From the NCBI RefSeq assembly GCF_009914755.1, contig NC_060930.1: DNA of 64,000 nucleotides; one strand, 5' to 3'. The position numbers and the translations under genes were made by a program. This DNA is from the human T2T-CHM13v2.0 reference genome, Homo sapiens. Positions within the stretch are counted from its first letter, which is position 1; every line of letters begins with the position of its first letter. The notes below the pieces were generated by a model. It was not told where the DNA came from, did no database searches, and saw nothing but the letters and a program-made list of their open reading frames with translations. Shown in pieces: positions 47,888 to 58,284 of this stretch.

Positions 47888-47988
47888 CTATTGTGAAAAA
47901 TTTTATGAGCAGCCTTCAGGGTTGAGACATGTGCAGTCCCTAAGTACTTCAACAGGTCATCAGAGCTACTAGATGGTGACTTTACATG
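47888..47988 (-). pseudogene. LEG1 paralog exon 4 (101 nt, phase 0 to phase 2)
   Basis: ccttcttggatAG/ ... /GTAAGA. Open frame HVKSPSSSSDDLLKYLGTAHVSTLKAAHKIFHN(R) versus recalled LEG1 YLQSPFSKFDDLLKYLWAAHTSTLADNIKSFED(R). Confidence 0.9.
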
Positions 47989-48933
47989 CTATCCAAGAAG
48001 GAAAATGTTATTAATATTAAACAATTATTACCATCTCTCTTCCTGAAAATCAATTGTTTATAAATATAAATTTTTCAACATTCTAAATGAGAGGAGAAAA
48101 TTGTTTGTAAGAGTTAGGATATGAAGAATATAATGCCTAATGCTTCGTGGAGAGCTTAATATTAGTTATACTAATTACAAGCAACACTGAATGCATTTGA
48201 AAGGAATAAACCAAGTAAGGGTTGGTTTTTGAAATACTCATAATTTTATATTGTTCAGAACTAGAGCTTTAGTATTCCATTTGTTTATTTGTTTTTCTCC
48301 TATCATGCAATGAGCTTTCTATAAAGCAGTAAGAGTCAGAAATGGGGACAGGAGTGGGAAAAGTAACAAAATTTGATCTAACCACATACAATATAATGCG
48401 TAAGTTCTCTAAAGGGAAACTTTATCTTTGGTCATTTACTCTTCCACCCATGACATTTGACTTTGAACATCAATATTTGATTCTGATTGTCAAATGATCA
48501 TTTCAAGCAACTCATATGTAATTGCCTATGAAGACAGTTGAAATAAGTTGATCAAATTCATCACAATCTATTCCATAATTATATTTCTATATAAGTTATT
48601 AATCCATTGACCCAAAGTTAGGATTAACCAGAACATTTTCTACAACATTAAGCCATAATTTCTCTGTGTTCACATGTCTGTGTATAATTTATTTGATGTG
48701 AGAAGAGTGCATAGGACTGCCTCAATACATATTGGAAACAAAGGTGCTAATAAGATACGATGTCATGTGGCAATCTACTCATATTAATACTGCTAGCATC
48801 ATAATACACATTTTCATATTAGGAATTATTTTTTGGGAACATATTGTTCAATGCTTTAAAATTATACATAAAGTATTATACAAAATTATCTGGCTACCTT
48901 CAAAGGTTATTAATAAAAATATTAGAGAAAAAC

Positions 48934-49113
48934 TTGGTAAAATTCATGCCACATTTGTATTGTTTCTGGAAAGGATGAATTACAGCTAGAAACATTATAA
49001 CAAAAATTCATCTGATCCTTAGATGGTGGTAGAAGGACGACATTGTCTGATGATATCCCCATTATGCCAGAGTCGATCACAGCAAGATACAGCAGAAAGA
49101 TAATAATTAAAGT
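48934..49113 (-). pseudogene. LEG1 paralog exon 3 (180 nt, 5-nt frameshifting deletion)
   Basis: tttgtttatacAG/ ... caa/GTTTTT. Reads DFNYYLSAV, then shifts frame near 49088 to LAVIDSGIMGISSDNVVLLPPSKDQMNFCYNVSSCNSSFPETIQMWHEFYQ. Recalled LEG1 is DLNYFLSSLPFLAAVDSGVMGISSDQVRLLPPPK..FCYDVSSCRSSFPETMNKWNTFYQ (185 nt expected). Confidence 0.9.
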
Positions 49114-49249
49114 CTGTATAAACAAAGTTATTCTTCATATTATTACTATAGAAAAGAGGTTGTTTTTGAAGTAAAGAAATCTATCACAAAAGTAAACTCC
49201 ACAGATTTAGAAACATGTAGTAAAACTTAAGCAATAGCTCTGGGCACTT

Positions 49250-49540
49250 ATCCTTAACAAATTAACACAGGAAGAGAAAACCAAATACCACATGTCCTCA
49301 CTTATAAGTGTAACCTAAATGATGAGAACACGTGGACACAGAGAGAGGAACAACACAACACACCCTGGGGCCTTTCAGAGGATGGGAGGGGAGGAGAGAG
49401 AAGATTGGGAAAAGTAATTAATGGATGCTAGGCTTGATACCTGGGTGATGAAATGGTCTGTACAACAAATTCCTATGCACAAGTTCACCTATGTAACAAA
49501 CCTGCACTTGTACCCCTAAGGTAAAATAGAAGTTAAAAAG
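49250..49540 (+). mobile_element. Old L1PA 3'-end fragment
   Basis: aaaaccaaataccacatgtcctcacttataagtg...gtaacaaacctgcacttgtacccct. Confidence 0.8.
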
Positions 49541-50164
49541 AAGATTTTGTTAGAAATTTCCTTGAGGATCATTTGGAACTCAAATATGCTTTCCTTAAAA
49601 ACCCAACTTTCATAAAGCAAAATTGATTTATGTTGTAGATATATTATTTTAAAACATAGATAACAACTGCACTGAAAATTTAAATACTAATTAAATTCCA
49701 AAGCACAAAATGTAAAAAGGAAAAAAAATTAGTAACTCTATAGAGTGCTATACTTTTCTTTTATCAGAAGGTATTTTTTCCAAATTTGAAAGTCTGATAT
49801 GTCTTTAAAATATTTCTGCTATTTATCTAGATGTTTTTCTTGTAAACAAAGTTTTATTTTATAACATGAGATAAATTCCTACTTCGGTCTTAAGCATCTA
49901 AAGCAAGGTTTGAGGTTACTAGTTTCTTTCAAATGGCATTTCAATAATTGGATACACTGATTAGTAGATTTTAAAAATATGCATCTAATAACATTTCAAA
50001 ACATTTAGGTTTTAGGGTCAGAAGATTTAGGTCAAACAGATTGCTTTTGTAAAAGAACTAATTCTGGTTTTTGTTTTGGTTTCGAAAAATGGCATTTTAG
50101 ATTGATTTAGTCATTTGTGAAAAGGTAATCAATTCAAAGTTTATTATTAAAGCATTAATCTCAC

Positions 50165-50251
50165 CAGTCCCCCAACTGTTCATGGAGATGCACAGATGAT
50201 CCCCAGAGTCATGGCCACCATCTGTCGTTTGGGTGAGACCAGCTAATCTGC
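50165..50251 (-). pseudogene. LEG1 paralog exon 2 (87 nt, phase 1 to phase 1)
   Basis: ctctctactAG/ ... /GTGAGA. Reads GRLAGLTQTTDGGHDSGDHLCISMNSWGT(D) versus recalled LEG1 GRLADPTRRTNCGYESGDHMCISVDSWWA(D). Confidence 0.9.
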
Positions 50252-50509
50252 CTAGTAGAGAGAATATGCAGACTCATAGTTATTAGGCCATTTCTAACCT
50301 GAATACACAAAAACTTAACTAGATGCTTTTTTTTTTCAAAAATAAGGAAATTCGTATTCTCTGAAAAATTGTTATTTCTCATCACTTTCTTTCCTTCGTG
50401 ACTTTGACTTCCCATCTGCCATTCTTATTCTTTCATTTCTTATAACATTCCTACTCTCTACTCCCTCTTCTCGGTCTTAATTTGCTTAACCTCTGTAGCT
50501 GTTCTCTCT

Positions 50510-50775
50510 TTTTTTATTATTATTATACTTTAAGTTCTGGGGTACATGTGCAGAACGTGCAGTTTTGTTATGTAGGTATACACGTGCCATGGTGGTTTGC
50601 TGCACCCATCAACCCGTCACCTACATTAGGTATTTAAACTCATGCTATTCCTCCCCTAGCCCCCCACCCCCTGACAGGCCCTGGTGTGTGATATTCCCCT
50701 CCCTGTGTTCATGTGTTATCATTGTTAAACTCCCACTTATGAGTAAGAACATGAGGTGTTTGGTTTTCTGTTCAC
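50510..50775 (-). mobile_element. L1PA 3'-end fragment
   Basis: ttattatactttaagttctggggtacatgtgcagaacgtgcag...cccacttatgagtaagaacatg. Confidence 0.85.
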
Positions 50776-52654
50776 TAACTTTTCCTCTCTTCACTGACTC
50801 AGAGTTAGGAGTCAATATTCATGCACATTAAACAGGATCTATACTTTGCCTAAAATCAAATCCCTATTCATTACTTATCTATTGTGTGATGCTGGATAAG
50901 TAACTTCTGTAAGCTTCAATTTTTTAATCTACGTACAAGGAATACTAAAAATAATTAACTCATGAAGATCGGGAAGTGTTAAATGATGATAAACATGGAA
51001 AGTAGTCAGTGCAGTGAACACATACTCCATAAATATTAGTCATTATTCTATCTTATCCCCCTTTCTTTCTGAAATTCTCTCTTACCTCCTAGTTTCAAAA
51101 CTTCCCTTCCTGGTTCATTCCATATTTAACTCTGGTAACTTCTATGTACACTTCCCACATAGTATGTCCCTTCAGCTATCTTATGACCCTGTGCCCATCT
51201 CTCTCTCTCTCTCTCTGTCAACCATTTTCATACCTGGCACATTCTCTCTGCTCTTGCTACCCTCCTCTTTTCTCCAGCTCCCTGTAGTGTTTTGACTCTT
51301 CCTTTGCCCCTCCAGCCTCTCCTGTCTAGTCCTTATGCACTGACTGGGGACATTCCCTTCTTTTCTCCAAACCACCTTTTTCTGCAATATTCAAGCTTTC
51401 TTCCTTCTCATTCCCCTCCCTTACACTCAATGTTTCCTTTCTTTTCACCAGTCCACCTGTCTGTTCCTCATAATTCTATTTTGTTTCCCTTTTACTTTCT
51501 TACTTGAATTTCTCACTTGGTTACTCTTGGTGGCCAACAGTAAAGATATGGAGAAGTCTGTTAAAAGATTTACATTTCCCAAAATCAATATTCCTTTTTA
51601 AAGCTGTCATCATATTCAGTTATGTAAAGCATCCCTCTTTTAGTTCTTAGGTTTTGTCTCATTGGGAGTGTTTTATATCTGCTTCTGAGACTCTCTCCTT
51701 TTAAAGCCACTCATGCTCTGAGAATGTTCGCCCATTATACTCATCTAAGAACTGCTGTATGTCGCTGACTTCTGTATCTTATGCCTTGAGTCCTCACTGT
51801 ACTCCAGTTCCATTTTTGTTAAATTCCCACAGAGCTCTTCTATTGGTGATTCCAAGCCATCTCCAACTGAGCATGCCTGAGACTGAGCTCTTGATATTGA
51901 TAGCCAAGCAAGGCTGCTTTATACACTTTCTGGTGTCTTTTCTTTTCTTGTTTCTTTGGTGAAATAGTTTTATTACTCTTTTTGATATCTTCCGCACTTC
52001 TCCTTTATAGCTAACATGAACCTATCTCCTGTTGTCTTATTCTCAGAAGATATTTTCTTGTCTTCCCATGGAAAACAATACATCTATCTCAATAAACTGT
52101 ATCAAAAGCTGTATATTGTCCTACTATTTTTGTCAAGAACACAATTTATGCTATATTTATTGCTATTAAAACCTAAATTCTTGCCTTGAGTTTAACTTAT
52201 TTTTTAATTATATTATTCCCTGGCATAAGTTACTTGTGACCCATACCCCCAACATTTCTTTCTCTCTTCCTGTCTTTTTCTCTCACATATGCCTTCTCAA
52301 TTTCAAACTCTTCCCTTTAGTTCATTCTGTTTATTTCTTTATGGGTTACTTTTATTTTAAAAAACTTTTCTGCTAAGCAATAAAAGGGAATGAACTATTG
52401 ACATATGCAATCAGATGGATGAATCTCAAAATAATTATGGTTACTGAAATAAACCAGAAAAAAAAGAGTATGTAGCTGTTGATATGAAAATTCTAGTTAA
52501 TGCAGTCTAATTTGCAGTGATTAAAAATCAGATATATGGTTGCCTGTGAAGCTAGGAAGTGGGGTGTGGCGAGTGGTCGGAGCAGTGTGGGAATGGTGGG
52601 GACAGGGGAAAATAGACAGAGGAGGTAGGGAAGTTCCTGAAGATGAGAATATAA

Positions 52655-52723
52655 AGAGAAAAAGAATACAAAGAGGAAGAGAAAAAGAATACAAAGAGGA
52701 AGAGAAAAAGAATACAAACAGGA
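52655..52723 (+). repeat. 23-bp tandem repeat x3 (AGAGAAAAAGAATACAAAGAGGA) inside an old L1 3' fragment
   Basis: Read directly; the third copy has one mismatch. Confidence 0.9.
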
Positions 52724-55700
52724 AGAGAGAAATTTTTTAATGTGTATATGGTTGTTACTGAGGTGATGTGTTCCAGGCCATATATATAATTAAAACGTAC
52801 CAAATAATACGTTTTAAAATGTGCAGTTTATTATATGTTTATGATACATTAATAAAGCTTAAAAAAAAACCTCTTCTAAGGAGGCAAGAAGCAAACATTT
52901 AAGTTGCTTAAGTATTGTGCAAGCAGCAGGCCCTTGCTGCTAAACCAAACCATATTGCCTAAGCACCCAGTCAAAACTCCTCAGTCTAACTTTGAAGATA
53001 TCTCTTAAACTGGCCCTAACTGACTTTTTTTTTCAAATTCACCACTCATTACTGTTTCACATTTTAATTCTCCTGCCAGCCTGGCAACTTGTTCCCAATA
53101 TACCCTGTTGCTATCGCCATCTTTGTAAATATTATTCTAGCAATACACCCAGCAAGCTCTTTGGCCCCACTCCCTTCCACGATTATCTCAGCCCATGGTT
53201 GTCACTCTTTTTTCTCAGCTATCTTTGTACTTATGGTCTTTATCTTGTCTTTGAGTGTTAACACAGTGTTGAAAAATATTTTTGTGGACGATTTTCCTAA
53301 TTTTTAATGCTGTTTTGATTTTCTGTTTATGCCATAGAGCTCAACTCAGTTAAATATGAAGTAAAATCAACCACTTAAAAAAGGGAAGCCCATGTATTGT
53401 GCTGTTGAATGATAATGAAATTTTGAAAATGTCCAAACTAACATTCCACCTTCCCATTTGCTCACCCCTGGGCCCAGGGTCAAAAACTCTCCTAGGAGTA
53501 GGCAAGTGTCCTCTTTAGGGGAGTTGTTTATTGTTCAAAGTGGACCTTATGTTTCGGCTTCTCCGGAATCATATCTAAGAAGTTCAGATATTCCTCTTCT
53601 CCATGCCAAGACAGCCTACAAATGGGAATTATACTGGGTGTCAGAGCATTCCCTTGACAGGCCCAGATGCAATGACAGCTCAGGTGTCCTCACAGGATCT
53701 CCTCCTCTATCTTTTCCACAGAAGAACTCATTTTATCATTGGTTTCTTTCTTCCGATACTGTTTTCTGGGGGGTGGTGGTGAAGGTCCCTTATTTCATGA
53801 ATGCCATTTTTAGCTTTAGATTTATGATGTTTTTGTTCCAAAACAAATCTCTACTAATTCTAAAGTGTAGACACTATTTTCAAAAAGAGAAGACTTGAAA
53901 GAAATGTTCTCCCACAGAGGTTTTTTTTTCTCCTGTATTATTCCAAGCTACTTAATTATCTAATCACATTTAGAACTGTAGATATGTAAGTTAATCTTAT
54001 ACAACCTTGTATATTTAATGCATGTTACCTAAACTGTAATTTTCAGTTCTAAGTTAATTGTTTTATAGAAAATGGCTACATTCAGACTTTCCAAAATAGG
54101 CCTTTATGTTCATTAGGTCTCCTTGTTACATACCAGTTCCATAATTCTTAAAATAAAACTTTATTTCCTTGGCACTTGTATTGGGTAAAGACATTAGCCT
54201 TGGAAGGACTGGCTAATATTTATTGACCAATTCAATATATTTCTCAATATATTGAATTTACCTCAGAAAATAAAGTCAATGCTTTGTAAAATTGTATGAA
54301 ATAATGATGTTATTGAATTATACTGACACTGAAGCAGAAGTAGCCAAATAATTATTTAAGGATATCACTGTACTCTTCCAGAACATGAAATGGTTGAGCA
54401 TGTCATACAATGCAGGCACAAAGCTTCTTTCACTTTGGTTGTAATGTCTGCTATAAAATCAAATAAAGATAATATAAACACAGTAATGAAACTACTACTA
54501 ATTGTGAAATCTTCCATCAAAGGCAATCTCAATTTTTGGCTTTTTAACCTATTTTTATATAATTACATTTTTAATGTAAAATATTAGCATTTCAAATGCA
54601 AAGTTATATGAAAAAATATGCCGTTTCATTCCTTTCGCTGTCCCTTCCCAACCCATTTTCACTCACACCGATGGGCAACTAATTAAATAGTTTCTCGTTA
54701 ATCCATCCTGCATTTTCTGTTTGTTGGCTTGTTGTGTGTGCTTTTTAAAAATAAGTATATCTACATTTATATTTACTCTACCTGATTCTCCATATTTATT
54801 TATCCCTTATTTGTTCCTAATTTCTTCCAGAAAAGTTAGAATACTATATATATTCCTTGGTACCCAGATTTTTTTCACTTATTTTTTTTCCTGGGAAATT
54901 ACTATGTATGTCCTCTTAGAGATATTTGTCATCTTTAAATTTTTGTTTGTTTGTTTGTTTGTTTTTACTAACTACATAGCATTCCTCTGTGTGGATATTC
55001 AGTAGTTAATTCAACCAATACCCTATATGTGGCGATTCAAAATTATCCAACACATTTCAAATACAAGTAATATCACAATGAATAACCACCCCCCCCCCCA
55101 TATTTCATAGCAGATGTATTTTTAAGGTGAATTCCCAGATGAGAGATTGCTGGTTCAAAAGATGATTGCATAGGATGTGTAGTTCTGAAATAAAATGGTC
55201 TAGACTCACATTTCTCTGCTTTTCCCCTTTAAATGCAACTACATTCCCTAGAGACTATTCTACAGTGATGACAGGACTCTGAATGAGGAGAAATAGATAC
55301 ATAAAGACTGGCTAGAGACCTTGAGACTTTATAAATGTCATCATAAATGGTTCTCTGGGTTTTCTTTTATCTCTAATATAATCCTTGATTGGGCACCAGA
55401 GAGGTCTGCAACCTGGAACTGTCAATAGGAATACACAAGAACACCAAGAAAAATTGCCCTTTCTGGCCAAAGGACAGAAAAGTGGAAGATCAGCAGAGAA
55501 CTAGTAGGGAACCCAGCTCCCATTCCACAACCTGAGCACCTGTAGGCAGTCTAATGCATTGGCAGGAGTGGCAGCAGCACAGAAGGAAACCCTAGGCCAT
55601 TCTAGCTTCCACTCTACAACCTAGGCATCAGAGAGTCGTGTCATCTGCCTACAGGTCAGCAGTGTAGGTGACCTTCATTCCCTGCCCTCCATACCTGCAA

Positions 55701-57703
55701 ATTTCACCCCACTAGAAGGTCAACAGGTGGCCCAGAGAAGTGATTTCTGCCCACATAGATGGTTCCAGCAGACATTGAGTGAGAGCTCAATAACATCAGA
55801 AGAACCAGAACAGAATAACATTGTAAGCGCTGAGAAAACTAAACTGCCATTGGAACTGAGTCCCGCAAAAGTATACCAGAACCTATATGCTAAACAAGGC
55901 TACCGTGTACTATGATAGAAAATTTATATAGGATCCAGGGATTTACACAGGATCAAGCATAATAACCAAAATGTCCAAGATACAATCAAAATCATTTGGC
56001 ATACTAAAAGTGAGACAAATCACAATTTGAATGAGAGATGACATTCAACAGATGTCAATATGCAGATGAATCAGATGTTGAAATTATCCGCTAAGGATTT
56101 TAAAACAGCCATCTTAAAAATGCTTCAATATCTAATGGACATTTATAGAGCACTTCACCCAAAAGCAGCTGAATACAAAATTGTTTTAAGTGTCCGTAGA
56201 ACACTCACAAAGATAGAGTATATCCTGAACAATAAGACATACCTTAACAAACCTAAAAAATTAAAATCATAAAGAGTATGTTCTCTGACCATAATGAAGT
56301 AAGCCAGAAATCAATAAGAAAATTCCTCAGGATACAGAATGAAAAAACATTAATTGCATTTCTATACGCTGACAAATGGATATTAAAATTTTAAAAATAG
56401 GACTATTTTTAGTAACTTTAAAGAAACTGAAATACTTAGATTTAAATCTTATAAAACAGGAGTGATGTCACCAAAATGGCAGAGTAGAAGCAAGCTGGCT
56501 TCACTTTCCCTTGACAGAAAACCTAAAAAAAAATACGGCACTAAGATTATCATCAGCAATATTCCAGAACTCAAATATGAAAATGAGACAGTTCCTGGGT
56601 CGACAGAGAAATGAAAAAAAACTCTGTGCAGAGGGTGAAAAAAAAATCAGACATTTACATTTGAGATCCCTGTTCCTTGGTCTGCCAGGCACAAAACCCA
56701 AGGAAAATTTCTCCCTGACTCATGATTACTATACAGGAAAACGTGAGATCAAGGGGGACAACCAGCTTCCCCACCATCTTGGGTTCCTTGGCAGAAGACC
56801 CGTCCCTCCTCAAACCGTTGGAAACATCACAAATGCCCAAAGGGAGAAAAATTCCTGAGGACAGCTAGAGACAAAGCGGAGAGATGGGACTAGCATCCAC
56901 AGGTGAAAAACACTGCTCTGTATCGAGGCCAAAGGAGATGCCAAATCAGAGTAGCTGTTCAGCAGCACAGTGCTTTAGCGGGTACACGTGGGTCTCCTGA
57001 GCATGAACTTTTAGTCAGCCTTCCTACACTGCCAGGATGCCAGGGTATTCTCTTTGGGACCTTCCCCATCCAGGACAGGCAGCACTCTGAACTTCGTTAG
57101 TGCCGAAAAGGCAAATCTGGGCTAAAATGCCATCTAGTGCTGGAAAGGAGGTAGTGACCCAGCAAAAAGATACTGAACAGCTACATCGCAAATAAATATC
57201 TAAGCAAACATACTCAATAAAAACCCAAACAAGCCAGATAGAGTAGAATTAATAACTAATTCTTCAATGCAAAGACATATATATATATATATATATCCAC
57301 AAGAAACAACACTAGCAAATGGTGAACCATGACCTCCTCAAACAGACAAAGAAAGGAGCCAGTGATCAACCCCAACAAGAAGGCAATAGATAAACTCTCC
57401 AATCAGGAATTCAAAATAGCAGTTTTTAAGGAAACTCAGAAATCTCCAAAATAACACAAATAAGCAATTCAAAAATTTATCAGAGAAATTCAATGAAGAA
57501 TTTGAAATAATTTTTAAAAATCAAACAGAAATCCTAGAACTTAGAGGTATATTTGCTTAACTAAAAAGTTCATTAGGGGCTTTTAACAGTAGAATAAATC
57601 ATGCAGAGAAAAGAATCAGTGAAGTCAAAGACAGGCAATTGGAAAACACACAGTTTGTGAGAGAGAGAGAAAAAAAGAATGAAAAGGAATGAAAAATGCC
57701 CAC

Positions 57704-58284
57704 TGTTAAGAATTAAAGAAAGAGGAAAGAAACAAAAAGTTGCTCCACAGTCAAGGACAGGTTTATTTTAGAGAAAACAAACCTGAGAGGGGCGTCTGGC
57801 TGAGTTAGGTCGTGCCCACTCTCTTACTAAGAGTTTTTAAGGATTTAGGGTAGGAGAGCTTATCAGAGGCTTGGACTGCTTCTGTGTCTCTTTTGTGTCT
57901 TTGTTGTGCTTATCTGGGAGGGAGAGTTGTGTGTCTGTTCCCATACATCCCTGCAGCTGAAGGCATACCTGCAGGGTCTGCTTTTAGCTTCCCTATCTTA
58001 GTGCACCTAAAGGGAAAGGAATGTGATTATTAAGGCCCACTGTTTTACTGGGGCCCGTTGTATGAGGGTGAGGTTTCGCAGTTACCCAAGAGACATTCCC
58101 CACACCTCCCTTCGTGCCCAAGCAGCCTCATCTGTGTTTTACTGTCTGCTCTTTCTGGCTGCTTGTAGTTGGAAGAGAAGTGATTTCCTTGAAGTGCATG
58201 AGGCTAGAAAGGGAGCTGGAGCTTAAAATGGTGGTGTTTGTCCGAAATGATGGTGTCCGAAATGATGGTGCTCCTGCTCTGTCA
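57704..58284 (-). mobile_element. ERV1 solo LTR (LTR19-like; family tentative)
   Basis: TG...CA termini, 5-bp TSD CCCAC at 57699-57703 and 58285-58289, and a minus-strand AATAAA near 57762. Interrupts L1 ORF1. Confidence 0.8.

Larger units (their letters stand above)
36932..50251 (-). pseudogene. Unprocessed (intron-containing) LEG1-family paralog/pseudogene, exons 2-6, tail-to-tail with LEG1
   Basis: Five exons in LEG1 order with GT-AG boundaries and matching phases. Exon 5 is the same length (239 nt) as LEG1 exon 5 in this window and 43/80 aa identical. Frameshifts in exon 3 (-5 nt) and exon 6 (-1 nt); AATAAA after the stop; exon 1 not found. Confidence 0.93.

Noticed and set aside
36961-50251. 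The LEG1 paralog as a functional protein-coding gene
   Set aside because: The exon 3 frameshift gives a premature stop, exon 6 is shifted, conserved Cys/Trp residues are lost and exon 1 was not found. Skipping exon 3 joins phase 1 to phase 0 and does not rescue the frame.
52219-52233. tat att att ccc tgg (YIIPW), resembling LEG1 exon 1 YIINPW
   Set aside because: On the wrong strand for the paralog, very short, and flanks do not extend the match; the match is near 52210-52223 and most likely chance.
52655-52723. Direct repeats as a CRISPR-like array
   Set aside because: Head-to-tail tandem copies with no spacers, in mammalian DNA.
53458-53898. 146-aa ORF, or possible paralog exon 1 region
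   Set aside because: TTG start, no recognisable homology and wrong strand for the paralog; no LEG1 exon 1 motifs on either strand by eye.
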